A stretch of 64,000 nucleotides of DNA from a bacterium (GTDB lineage: Bacteria; Bdellovibrionota_C; UBA2361; RFPC01), in NCBI GenBank assembly GCA_030428205.1, contig JAUIBK010000021.1:2523-66522 (forward strand). The letters are read 5' to 3'. The number at the start of each line of letters is the position of its first letter. The first letter of the stretch is position 1. Of the stretch, positions 37,472 through 46,894 are shown one piece after another. Below the pieces are notes generated by a model. It worked only from the letters and a program-made list of their open reading frames with translations. It searched no databases and was not told the origin of the DNA. The position numbers and the translations under genes were made by a program.

Positions 37472-40015
37472 TTATGAACTTTGTCTCTCTTCACCAAGCC
37501 CCATCTTTTCAGAGACATCCCCAATGCCTTTGAGTGTGAAGCTCACGAGGAACCGTTTTTTATCAGGATTAATCTCATCACTCACACCAAAATCAAGGTG
37601 CCAACAATCACACTTACTTCTCAACCTCAGTGCAGCTTGCTGCTCGATAAACTCCCCTTCCTCGTCATCATACCGAGCGTAGTATCCTAGCCCAAATCGT
37701 TTCGAGAGGCGAATCTCAAGATTCCCCTCCAACTGACTCACTCGATCATCGATAAATGTGTATCGAGCAGTCAACCTATCCCCTCTATCATCCCTGAGGT
37801 AGGACCCAACACTCCATGAGGAGAACTCCTCATCGTGAAAATCGTAATTACTCTGAAAAGTAAAGGAAAAGTCAGGAGTTGGACTTACACCAAAACGGAG
37901 TGCCACATCAGAAAAAGCCTGACGCGTAGGATCAAGGCTCTCTTGATCTTCAACATAGTCATAGGCTTGATAGAGAGATACGAACGCAAGCTGCCGGATC
38001 TCATTTTGCCCAGCACCAACGACAAAGGGGTCTTTCAACACTCCATTTGTTGCTGGGTCCCCACCGCCATCGATATCATCAAGCGGATCCGAAAAAGAAC
38101 TTCCCCAAAAATCAGAAAGCTCAGGCGCGAGTTCTTCAAACTGAGTTCTTGCGCCTCGTTGAGTTTTAAAGCTCCCATACAGCCTCGAGGTAACTCCATA
38201 GGTAACGGTGCTTTTTTCTCTATAACGATCGAAGGAGTCAAAAAGGGGAAGGTCATCTTGATCGGTTCCTGGGACATAGTCGAACGCCACCGTTGGCTCA
38301 ATAGTATGCTTGACTCTTTCGAGCATACGGTCCTGATTACGAGACCCAAGAGAGGTTACCGTCTTAAGCCATGTATCTTGAGGCAGATCATAAACACGCT
38401 CAAGAGCAGTAGACGCCTTGTAAGAGAGTTGAAAGAGGCTCCGTTCATTACTACTTTCAAGATCAGTGAGAGACCTCGGATCGTACGTTTCATCAAGATC
38501 ATACTGCGTCTGATGGTAGGTAAGCTGCAGCTGAGAATTGAAGTAGTTTTGATAATGAAAAGGGATTTTCACATAAGGCGAGACGTCAAACCGCAGACCA
38601 TCATAACCAGTATCACGCGCGAATTGAGTAGCGTTTATTTCTATTCCAGGAGTAACCTTAAGACCATAGGGGTTGAACCCAAAGGGGCGATAACTTTTGG
38701 AACCTTGGATAGTCAGCTCAGGAAGCCTCTGAAAGGTGAGATCCTGGTCCGAGAGAAACGCCTGATAATACTCCCCAGAAACATTCGCAGAGAAATAATC
38801 TCCCAGAGCCGCATTCATCAATACTCGAGAGGTGGTAAACCTCGAATTTGAAAGACCAATCTCCTCGTCTTCCATCTCACGCAAGAACAAGCTGTCGCTC
38901 ACTAAGTGAATATCAGAAACTATACTAAGTGGTATAGCCGCAGTAGAAGGAGTACTCCAAGACTGCTTAAAAAATCCTCCGAACCGGTCTTCATCAAAGG
39001 TAGGATCAAAGAGATTAGTCACATCAGTGCCGCGAAGATCACCATCGCGCGCCGACTCATTAGAGTAAACGATCCTCCCGTTCATACTGCTTCTTGTGGA
39101 GAACGCCTTACGAAAGTCAAATCCTGTACCAACCCGAGTACGTGTCTCACCAAAGGGGGTAAGCGTTATATCACTCGTATCGTCTATAACCCCGAAGAGA
39201 GGGAGCGAGTACCCAAATCCGTCTCGGCTACTGTAGCTAAATTCAGGAACAAGAAGCCCACTTGTGCGCTCTTGTTTCACAGGAAAGGCAACCCACGGGA
39301 GGTACATCACCGGCTGATCCCACATGTCAATGGTAGCACCATAAGCGTGTGCATACCCCTCTTGGGTAATGTTAATGTCACTTCCTGAAATCTTCCATGG
39401 GTGCGACTCGTCCGCACAGTGGCAGGTGGAAAGCCAGCAGTCATCTAACTCATATTCCGTCTCAGAAAGCTTATCAACACGCGAAGCCGAAACATCATAC
39501 GCCCCCTCTTCTAGGGTGAACTGCGCATCAGTAAATGTTCCAACCTCACTGTCGAGATTGAGCTCTATCTGCTCAGCTCTTACGGTTCCATCTGGTCCAG
39601 TAAGAATCACCCCTCCATTTAATCGAGCATCCTTTGATTCAACGGCAAATGTTCCTTCCTCAGCCTGAACCTGTATGCCATCACCAGACAGGAGAACGCC
39701 TCCTGTGCCCTTCATGACGTTCTCTTCTTGGAGAAACTCAACTTGAGGTGCCTGAAAGTCGACTTCATTCTCTATAACCTTATCGGTTTGACCAATCAGG
39801 CCACGCTCGCGCTCTTGGGAATCCTGAAGTTTCGTAGAATCTTCCTGAAAAAGAAACTCGCTCGTAGGAACCTGGGCAAAAACAAGTGAAGGAGTAATAG
39901 CTACAAAGAGAGCTGCAACAAGGAGCGAGCCACGCCCTCTTCGTTCCAGTTCACACCGCTCTTGAAAACTCCACCACATAGCGCCCTCATTTTGAGATTG
40001 ATTAACGAAAGACAA
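37472..40015 (-). CDS. lptD: LPS-assembly outer-membrane protein (start uncertain)
   Basis: Signal peptide, OstA-like N-domain, STCHC...PW, RTSGLLVP, QRLPE, KHTIEP, CDCW, beta-barrel-like C-terminus. Confidence 0.85.
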   Translation of the reverse strand: MSFVNQSQNEGAMWWSFQERCELERRGRGSLLVAALFVAITPSLVFAQVPTSEFLFQEDSTKLQDSQERERGLIGQTDKVIENEVDFQAPQVEFLQEENVMKGTGGVLLSGDGIQVQAEEGTFAVESKDARLNGGVILTGPDGTVRAEQIELNLDSEVGTFTDAQFTLEEGAYDVSASRVDKLSETEYELDDCWLSTCHCADESHPWKISGSDINITQEGYAHAYGATIDMWDQPVMYLPWVAFPVKQERTSGLLVPEFSYSSRDGFGYSLPLFGVIDDTSDITLTPFGETRTRVGTGFDFRKAFSTRSSMNGRIVYSNESARDGDLRGTDVTNLFDPTFDEDRFGGFFKQSWSTPSTAAIPLSIVSDIHLVSDSLFLREMEDEEIGLSNSRFTTSRVLMNAALGDYFSANVSGEYYQAFLSDQDLTFQRLPELTIQGSKSYRPFGFNPYGLKVTPGIEINATQFARDTGYDGLRFDVSPYVKIPFHYQNYFNSQLQLTYHQTQYDLDETYDPRSLTDLESSNERSLFQLSYKASTALERVYDLPQDTWLKTVTSLGSRNQDRMLERVKHTIEPTVAFDYVPGTDQDDLPLFDSFDRYREKSTVTYGVTSRLYGSFKTQRGARTQFEELAPELSDFWGSSFSDPLDDIDGGGDPATNGVLKDPFVVGAGQNEIRQLAFVSLYQAYDYVEDQESLDPTRQAFSDVALRFGVSPTPDFSFTFQSNYDFHDEEFSSWSVGSYLRDDRGDRLTARYTFIDDRVSQLEGNLEIRLSKRFGLGYYARYDDEEGEFIEQQAALRLRSKCDCWHLDFGVSDEINPDKKRFLVSFTLKGIGDVSEKMGLGEERQSS

Positions 40016-40125
40016 GTAGCAGTCTGCCCTAAAAAAAGAAAGGGATAAAGCCAGAAATTTAAACTACTTAAAGTACGGCGCTTAACACCGAGTCTCATGG
40101 AACGAGACAGGTAAATAGAACGATG

Positions 40126-40980
40126 TTAGTGAACAGCTCCGAAGTTCTGGAGAATCTTCGCTAGCTCGTCGCGCAAATCTCCTCGACTCACGATACGGTC
40201 AACCATACCGTGCTCTAGGAGAAACTCTGCCCGCTGAAACCCCTCAGGCAGTTTCTGTCTAATGGTCTGCTCAATCACCCGAGGACCAGCAAAACCGATC
40301 AAAGCTTTCGGTTCCGCAAGAATAACGTCACCAAGCATGGCAAACGATGCTGCAACCCCGCCAGTAGTCGGGTCAGTTAAGACAGAAATATAGGGAAGGC
40401 CGGCCTTACCAAGACGCGAAAGGGCAGCACTAACTTTAGCCATCTGCATAAGAGAGAAAATCCCCTCTTGCATCCTCGCTCCACCAGAAGCGGAGACAAT
40501 AATGACTGGGCGACGCTCATTAATTCCGTGTTCGATCATGCGGGTGAGCTTTTCACCAACGACCGAGCCCATACTACCGCCAAGAAAACTAAAATCAAAA
40601 ACTCCTAGCATCACAGGAATATCAAGAATTCTTGCTCTTCCAGTGACCACTGCCTCTGAGTACGAACTCTTTTTCTCCGCTCGTCGAAGCCGCTCTTTAT
40701 AGCGCTTGCTATCTTTAAAATTGAGAGGATCACTCGTGCGCAGCTCAGCATCCATTTCAACAAAAGAGTGTCGATCGGTAAGGATAGGGATTCGTTGGTC
40801 AGCACTCAATCGGAAATGATAATTGCACTTCGGACACACTCCAAATGTGCGGCGAAGATCTTTCGTGTAGAGAATCGAGCTACAGCCAGGGCATTTCGTC
40901 CAGATATCATCTGGCATCTGAAGTCGATCAGACGATTCAGCTTGTGGCTTCGGAGCCTTTCTTCGTGAAAACCAACTCAT
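40126..40980 (-). CDS. accD: Acetyl-CoA carboxylase carboxyltransferase beta subunit
   Basis: WTKCPGC...CPKC zinc finger, GGSMGSVVGEK, SGGARMQEG, PTTGGV, GFAGPRVIEQT. Confidence 0.97.
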   Translation of the reverse strand: MSWFSRRKAPKPQAESSDRLQMPDDIWTKCPGCSSILYTKDLRRTFGVCPKCNYHFRLSADQRIPILTDRHSFVEMDAELRTSDPLNFKDSKRYKERLRRAEKKSSYSEAVVTGRARILDIPVMLGVFDFSFLGGSMGSVVGEKLTRMIEHGINERRPVIIVSASGGARMQEGIFSLMQMAKVSAALSRLGKAGLPYISVLTDPTTGGVAASFAMLGDVILAEPKALIGFAGPRVIEQTIRQKLPEGFQRAEFLLEHGMVDRIVSRGDLRDELAKILQNFGAVH

Positions 40981-41127
40981 AGTATTCTTCAGTGTTTCTA
41001 TACTTTGTAGAAGAGGGGCGAAGATATCGTTAAGTAGGTGGCGGTGTAAATAGCTGGGGGTATAGACACGATCGCCCCAGCCCCCTCCCTCCGAAAATGC
41101 ACAATAATACTAATGCATTAGATCGTC

Positions 41128-41202
41128 CTTGCTCTTGCACTTGTTCTTGCTCTTGCTCTCCAAATCACTCAGTGCAAGAGCAAGAACAAGTGCAAGAGCA
41201 AG
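41128..41202. repeat. Perfect 29-bp inverted repeat built on GAGCAA hexamers
   Basis: 41128-41156 is the exact reverse complement of 41174-41202. Confidence 0.9.
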
Positions 41203-41253
41203 AGAATATATGCTACTTTCCGAGGGTATTTTCACATAAGGCACTTTGCAATA

Positions 41254-42018
41254 ATGATCCAACTCCCATCTCTCCTTTCCTATCTCGACAGCCTCTTACA
41301 ACCAAAACTCTACCAAGACGTAGCCCTCAACGGCCTCCAGGTAGAATCTGGCACAGAAACGATTCGCACAGTCGCTTTTGCGGTTGATTGTGGAAAAAGC
41401 ATTGTCGAAGCTGCGGTAAAGAAAGAGGCCGACATGCTGATTGTTCATCACGGTCTTTTTTGGGGGACGGAACAAGCAATCACAGGACCTTTAGCGCAAA
41501 AAATCTCTCTGCTACTAAGCAACGGGTGCTCCCTCTTTGCCTCTCACCTCCCACTTGATGGAAACGCTGAGGTTGGAAACGGCTTTGAGCTCGCCCGCCA
41601 CATTGGTCTTGAAAATATAGAAGGATTTTGTGAATACCTCGGGCAGACGGTTGGAGCACTTGGTTCCCTTCCAAAACCTCTCTCACGTTCTGAGATCGTG
41701 GGTAAGCTCAAAGAAATTGAGGGTGCACTTGAGTCCCCTCTTTTGCTCCCCTTTGGAAAGGAGGAAGTCAAAAGCATCGGCGTAGTCACCGGCTCCGGGG
41801 CCTTTGCCATCCCGCTCTGCAAAGAGATGGGCATCGATCTCCTTATCTCGGGCGAACCAAAACAAGAAGCCTACCATCTCGCCAAAGAGCTCGAGGTTAA
41901 CGCTCTCTTTGCTGGCCATTACGCGACGGAAACCTTCGGCGTGCGCGCCCTTAGCCGACGAATCGAACAAGACTTTGATGTCTCTACGGTTTTCATCGAA
42001 GAACCTACCGGCATTTAA
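41254..42018 (+). CDS. Nif3-like dinuclear metal center protein (YbgI family)
   Basis: NGLQVE, VHHGLFW, SHLPLD, AGHYATETFG. Confidence 0.92.
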   Translation: MIQLPSLLSYLDSLLQPKLYQDVALNGLQVESGTETIRTVAFAVDCGKSIVEAAVKKEADMLIVHHGLFWGTEQAITGPLAQKISLLLSNGCSLFASHLPLDGNAEVGNGFELARHIGLENIEGFCEYLGQTVGALGSLPKPLSRSEIVGKLKEIEGALESPLLLPFGKEEVKSIGVVTGSGAFAIPLCKEMGIDLLISGEPKQEAYHLAKELEVNALFAGHYATETFGVRALSRRIEQDFDVSTVFIEEPTGI

Positions 42019-42129
42019 CTCGCATATTGCAGGGCTACACGTACCCTCTCAATCCTTGCGACAACTCGAAATTAGAGGTATGAAAAGGCCTTAGATTATA
42101 ATTCCACTTCCGTGTTGTGCTGTAGCTCT

Positions 42130-43305
42130 ATGAAAAATCTTTCCGATCTCACTCTCACCGACAAACGAGTTCTTGTACGAGCAGATTTAAACGTTCCTCT
42201 CAACGACGAAAGAGCGATCACTGACGACAATCGTATTCAGCAATTCTTACCGACGCTTCGACATATTCTGGATCAAAATGGTCGAGCAATTGTCATGTCA
42301 CACCTTGGGCGTCCTGCTGGAAAACCAGACCCAAAAGCCTCACTTGATACTGTGGCACGCACACTCTCAGAACATCTCAAAGTCGACGTACAACTCGCAC
42401 CAAAATGTGTTGGTCCTGACATAAAAGAGATGACAAATGCCCTCCCAGCTGGGGGTGTTCTTCTCCTTGAAAACTTACGTTTCCATAAAGAAGAAAAAGC
42501 AAACGATCCGGCATTCGCTGAGCAACTTGCTCAACTTGGTGACGTTTATGTGAATGACGCTTTTGCAACAGCTCACCGTGCTCATGCTTCAATAGTTGGC
42601 GTCCCAAAACACTTTACTGAAAAAGCTCCTGGCTTGCTCATGCAAAAAGAGCTCGACTATTTTGAGAAAGCACTCCTGTCTCCTCAACGCCCGCTCTGTG
42701 TTGTACTTGGGGGCGCAAAGGTATCTACCAAGCTTAACGCGCTCATTAACCTTGCCGATAAAGCGGATAAAGTCATTATCGGTGGAGCCATGGCAAACAC
42801 CTTCCTGGCTGCGCAAGGATTTCAAATGGGACGCTCTCTCTACGAGCCTGCTCTTTTCCCCAAAATAATTGAACTCATTGGAACACTTGCTCGAAGGGGG
42901 TGCCAGCTCTACCTTCCTGTTGATTGTATCGTCGCCCCCTCACTCAAAAGTGAAGGTTTAGGACGTGCCGTTCCAGCTCAAGAGATTCCTGCAGACTCAA
43001 TGGCTCTTGATATCGGCCCAGCCACCAGCCTGCTCTACAGTGAAGCTTTGCAAAACGCAGAGACCATTTTGTGGAACGGACCGATGGGAGCATTCGAAAA
43101 AGAGGAGTTCTCAAAAGGAACTACCGATATGATCGAACACATTGCAAGCGCTCACGGACTCTCTGTTGTTGGTGGTGGAGATACTGATGCTGCTATCCAT
43201 AAGATGGAACTCGAACATAAGTTTGACTACATTTCCACTGGAGGAGGAGCATTTCTAGCACTGCTCGAAGGAGAAACCTTACCGGCTATTGCAGCTCTCT
43301 CCTAA
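42130..43305 (+). CDS. pgk: Phosphoglycerate kinase
   Basis: VRADLNVP, SHLGRP, LENLRF, NDAFATAHRAHAS, WNGPMG, GGGD, STGGGA; start placed at ATG 42130. Confidence 0.96.
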   Translation: MKNLSDLTLTDKRVLVRADLNVPLNDERAITDDNRIQQFLPTLRHILDQNGRAIVMSHLGRPAGKPDPKASLDTVARTLSEHLKVDVQLAPKCVGPDIKEMTNALPAGGVLLLENLRFHKEEKANDPAFAEQLAQLGDVYVNDAFATAHRAHASIVGVPKHFTEKAPGLLMQKELDYFEKALLSPQRPLCVVLGGAKVSTKLNALINLADKADKVIIGGAMANTFLAAQGFQMGRSLYEPALFPKIIELIGTLARRGCQLYLPVDCIVAPSLKSEGLGRAVPAQEIPADSMALDIGPATSLLYSEALQNAETILWNGPMGAFEKEEFSKGTTDMIEHIASAHGLSVVGGGDTDAAIHKMELEHKFDYISTGGGAFLALLEGETLPAIAALS

Positions 43306-43507
43306 CTGAACATACTTGCCTGCTTCTCTACGAGCTGTCTTTCTCTTAAGAAGAATTCCTATCGGGTTCGCCTACGAAAACTTCCCGTTTTGCTGTAACA
43401 AATGCCACCATTTGTTTAGAGGACACACAAAACCCCCGATCCTCCTATCACACGGACGTTCTTCGTATAAGCATTTCACGGATTGAGCCCTCTAAAGGAC
43501 CCGAAGA

Positions 43508-43663
43508 ATGGACAAAAAACGACTCTCAACGAGGCTCGCAGAACAGCTCGAGGCCGCACGGCAAAAAAAACTCAAAACACTTAAAGCACAGGTGCAATCT
43601 GGAAAGTATACGGTAAACAACAAGTACGTCGCCGGCTCGCTTATCCCTCAGCAAAAGCAATAA
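43508..43663 (+). CDS. 51-aa FlgM-like anti-sigma28 protein (C-terminal domain only); below the ORF-track cutoff
   Basis: Manual translation MDKKRLSTRLAEQLEAARQKKLKTLKAQVQSGKYTVNNKYVAGSLIPQQKQ matches the FlgM pattern R..KV..LK..I..G.Y.V....IA..L; AAGGA upstream. Confidence 0.7.
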   Translation: MDKKRLSTRLAEQLEAARQKKLKTLKAQVQSGKYTVNNKYVAGSLIPQQKQ

Positions 43664-43699
43664 GGAGACAGAACCCTTCGAGTTTTCTATAACAGAGGT

Positions 43700-44392
43700 A
43701 TGGGCCTCTTTTCATCAGCCAGAAAAAAGAAGAGAGAAAAACATGGGTGGATTGCTTTTTTCTCCTCCCTCTTCTTTTTGTTGTTCTTGTCTGCACTCAA
43801 TCTCTTTCTCCTTCCTGGACTCCTTGATGGATACGCATGGACTCGTGCCTCTCGCTTTGTTGCTGGCGGCATTCTTGGCCTGTGGTTCGCTCACCAGTTC
43901 ATCCGAGGGCATCTTTCCGTTCTTCTCCATGAATATAAGCACGCTATCGTCTCAGGACTCGTGGGAAACAAATGGAAGGGAATGAAAATAAAGAGAGACC
44001 ATGGGCATTTCAAATACGCCTACTCCAAAGACACAGCAAGTTACAACGCTTTCATCTCCCTTGCCCCTTACTACACTCCCCTCTTTCTCACTCCGGCACT
44101 CATTCTTGGACTCATTTTTGAAGGCACAAATGCTGACATCGCACTTTTTATTGTTGGCGTTGGATATGGCCTCGATTTCCTGCTCAATATGCGTGACATT
44201 TCTCCGATCCAAACAGATTTTTCTGATCTTACGGGAGGATTTAAAGTTGGTGTACTCTATGTTGCCGCAATGAATCTTTGTATCACCACAACACTCTTAA
44301 GTTGGATCTTCCAAGGGAGCGCCGGAATAAAGCTTTTGGGGTATGGGTTGTGGAGTTTTATGACTCATGTGGCGGCGCACTATTACAACTAG
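43700..44392 (+). CDS. Membrane metalloprotease, M50B-like
   Basis: HEYKH (HExxH) after TM helices, ISLAPY, distal TDF. Confidence 0.7.
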   Translation: MGLFSSARKKKREKHGWIAFFSSLFFLLFLSALNLFLLPGLLDGYAWTRASRFVAGGILGLWFAHQFIRGHLSVLLHEYKHAIVSGLVGNKWKGMKIKRDHGHFKYAYSKDTASYNAFISLAPYYTPLFLTPALILGLIFEGTNADIALFIVGVGYGLDFLLNMRDISPIQTDFSDLTGGFKVGVLYVAAMNLCITTTLLSWIFQGSAGIKLLGYGLWSFMTHVAAHYYN

Positions 44393-44409
44393 ACTCTTTC
44401 TTTGAGTTG

Positions 44410-44497
44410 CCAATTTCTTGAACTTTTTTCTCCGTGGCATAACTCTTTGGTGTTTTACCGAGATCATAGCCACGGAGAAAAAAGTTCAAGAAATTGG
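44410..44497. repeat. Palindromic element family A, copy 2 (29-bp perfect arms)
   Basis: 44410-44438 pairs with 44469-44497. Confidence 0.9.
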
Positions 44498-44514
44498 TTG
44501 TTCAACCCCAAGCT

Positions 44515-45258
44515 TTAGCCCGAATATTTCACCCAATCAAGACACAACCCATACGGCTGCGCAGTTTCCGCTGCCTTTCGCCGATCTTTCCATTCAAGCA
44601 TCTCAACGACGGACGTATCCCCGTAACGTCCTCGCCCGAGAGCAACTAAAGTACCAACAATATTTCTCACCATTTGCTTGAGAAAACCACTCCCGACAAC
44701 ACGGTAGGTAAGATAAGGAGGCTCAACGATAAGCTCGCTCTCATAAATTGTTTTGACCGTTGTACGCGCTCCACACCCTGAACCTTGAAACGTTGTGAAG
44801 TCATGCGTGCCAACAAGTAAAGGAGCTTCCTTACACATTCGCTCAACATCAAGCGGGCCACTAATATGCCACACACGCCCATAGTCTAAGACTGGTGGAT
44901 GTGGGCGGTAATAAATACGATACGAGTACTGTTTACGTACCGCATCACGCATAGAATGGAAACTGTCTGGAACAACTCGCGCATCTTTTATTGCAACCTC
45001 ATTTTTTAAGAGACTACTTACGGAACGCACGAGTTTTCCGAGATCAGGAAGAGTATCAACATGGAAGTGCGCAACTTGCGCTGCAGCGTGTACTCCAGCA
45101 TCTGTTCGACCCGAGGCTTGTAGACCACGAACCTTTTCTCCTAAACACATCTCAAGGACACGCTGAAGCTCTCCTTGAATGGTTCGAACATCCGGCTGAA
45201 CCTGCCAACCGTGAAAGTTCTGGCCGTTGTATTCGAGGATAAGTCTTATGTTAGGCAT
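44515..45258 (-). CDS. truA: tRNA pseudouridine(38-40) synthase
   Basis: YNGQNFHGWQ, SGRTDAGVHA, GTHDFTTF, GFLKQMVRNIVG, TAQPYGL. Confidence 0.96.
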   Translation of the reverse strand: MPNIRLILEYNGQNFHGWQVQPDVRTIQGELQRVLEMCLGEKVRGLQASGRTDAGVHAAAQVAHFHVDTLPDLGKLVRSVSSLLKNEVAIKDARVVPDSFHSMRDAVRKQYSYRIYYRPHPPVLDYGRVWHISGPLDVERMCKEAPLLVGTHDFTTFQGSGCGARTTVKTIYESELIVEPPYLTYRVVGSGFLKQMVRNIVGTLVALGRGRYGDTSVVEMLEWKDRRKAAETAQPYGLCLDWVKYSG

Positions 45259-46259
45259 GAGCGATCAAGCAGGAGTTCAACGATTTGCACAGCGTTCAGT
45301 GCCGCGCCTTTTCGGATATTATCAGCAACAATCCACATATTGAGACCGCAGGGAACACTCTCATCTTTTCGAATCCGGCCAACGTAAATAGAATCATCTC
45401 CTGCAGCATCGACCTGCATCGGAAATTCGTCTGCACGGGGGAAAGGGGTAATCCCATCAGCTGCTTGAAGAAGCTCAGAAAATCGTTCCGGCGTTAGCTC
45501 TCTTGTGGTCTCCACGTTCACACTCTCAGCATGTGCATGAAAAACAGGAACTCGAACCGCTGTACAAGTGATACGGAGCTCAGGGAGGCCCAGAATCTTT
45601 CGACTCTCATCAATCACTTTCTGTTCCTCTTTGGTATATCCAGAATCAAGAAAGAGATCGATTTGTGGAATACAATTAAACGCAATGGGGTGTTGAAATG
45701 CTTTTCTTTCCAACTCTTTTTGCGTAAACACAGCACGAGTATGCTCAAAAAGCTCATCAAGAGCAGCTTTTCCTGCCCCAGAGACCGCTTGATAGGTCGA
45801 CACGACAACCCGTTCAATCCCCACTTCTTTCGCAATCACATTCAACACAGGCACGAGCTGAGCTGTTGTACAGTTTGGATTAGCAATGATCTGCGAAGAT
45901 GTCTGCATAACGAGATCCCCATTTACCTCGGGGACAACAAGCGGAACATGTGGATCGAGTCGAAACGCAGTTGAGTTATCAACCACTTTCGCTCCAGCTT
46001 CGACGGCAATCGGAACATATTTCTCAGCGAGGCTAGCACTCGTAGCAAAAAGTGCTATATCAACCCCCTCAAAAGAACGATCTGTGAGCTCTTCAACCTG
46101 AAACTCATCGCTCCCAAGTGCGTATACCTCACCTGCAGAATCAGCAGATGCGAGAAGTCGAATTTCGGAGTAAGGCACCTTGCGCTCTCCCAAAATGGAG
46201 AGCATCTCACTACCAACAACACCGGTTGCGCCAACAATAGCGATACGTGGATCTTTCAT
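45246..46259 (-). CDS. asd: Aspartate-semialdehyde dehydrogenase
   Basis: VGATGVVG, PLVVPEVN, IANPNCTT, YQAVSGAG, AVRVPV, ADNIRKGAALNAVQI. Confidence 0.96.
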   Translation of the reverse strand: MKDPRIAIVGATGVVGSEMLSILGERKVPYSEIRLLASADSAGEVYALGSDEFQVEELTDRSFEGVDIALFATSASLAEKYVPIAVEAGAKVVDNSTAFRLDPHVPLVVPEVNGDLVMQTSSQIIANPNCTTAQLVPVLNVIAKEVGIERVVVSTYQAVSGAGKAALDELFEHTRAVFTQKELERKAFQHPIAFNCIPQIDLFLDSGYTKEEQKVIDESRKILGLPELRITCTAVRVPVFHAHAESVNVETTRELTPERFSELLQAADGITPFPRADEFPMQVDAAGDDSIYVGRIRKDESVPCGLNMWIVADNIRKGAALNAVQIVELLLDRSCLT

Positions 46260-46272
46260 TGTTTACTCTTTC

Positions 46273-46701
46273 TTAGAATCCTTCCATATTATCAGTACGG
46301 AGGAGATTCTCAGCTTTCTCTAGCTGACGCCGGAGAGCCTCGCGATCAAAAGGTTTCGCAATAACTCCTAAAGCGCCTGCGGTCGTCGCTTCTTGCATAT
46401 TCTCAGGCGTAGGATCCGAAGTGATCAGAAACGCTATTCGCCCCTCTAGCAGGTCTTCAAATTGCAACTCTTGGAGGAGCCTCCCACCAGACATTCCACC
46501 TGGAAAGTTAAAATCGACAAAGAGAAGCTTCCAAGGCGCGTCATCTCCCTTAAGTCTTTCAAGAGCCTCTTCAGGGGAGTCAATCCATGTCACATTCTCA
46601 TAACCAAACCCACTCGAAAGCATCTTCTGCAACACCGCAGTGTACTGCGAGCTGTCATCGACGATCAGGATAGGAAGTTGTGGATCTGATACGGTGTCCA
46701 T
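46273..46701 (-). CDS. Single-domain response regulator (CheY-like)
   Basis: IVDD, FVDFNFP, LITS, AKPF; start placed at ATG 46701. Confidence 0.85.
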   Translation of the reverse strand: MDTVSDPQLPILIVDDSSQYTAVLQKMLSSGFGYENVTWIDSPEEALERLKGDDAPWKLLFVDFNFPGGMSGGRLLQELQFEDLLEGRIAFLITSDPTPENMQEATTAGALGVIAKPFDREALRRQLEKAENLLRTDNMEGF

Positions 46702-46771
46702 AGAGACAAACAATATAGCACAAGGAGGAAGTTCTCAACACTAGTCCAACGTCACCAACTCATTTATCCTA

Positions 46772-46832
46772 CCATTTCTTTGAACAAAATGATGACTTTG
46801 TTCCAAAGTCATCATTTTGTTCAAAGAAATGG
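46772..46832. repeat. Perfect 29-bp palindrome with a 3-nt loop; ends resemble family A
   Basis: CCATTTCTTTGAACAAAATGATGACTTTG-TTC-CAAAGTCATCATTTTGTTCAAAGAAATGG. Confidence 0.9.
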
Positions 46833-46894
46833 CAACACACCCAAACGCCCTTCCTTCTATGCATTTCTCCCCCCCCCTGATATAATATGCCCCT

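Noticed and set aside
37835..39388. 338-aa and 160-aa plus-strand ORFs
   Set aside because: Antisense shadows of lptD with atypical Ile/Arg/Lys-rich composition
41097..41387. 96-aa ORF with CSCTCSCSCS and QEQEQ (metallothionein-like look)
   Set aside because: Translation of the GAGCAA inverted repeat; overlaps the Nif3 gene out of frame
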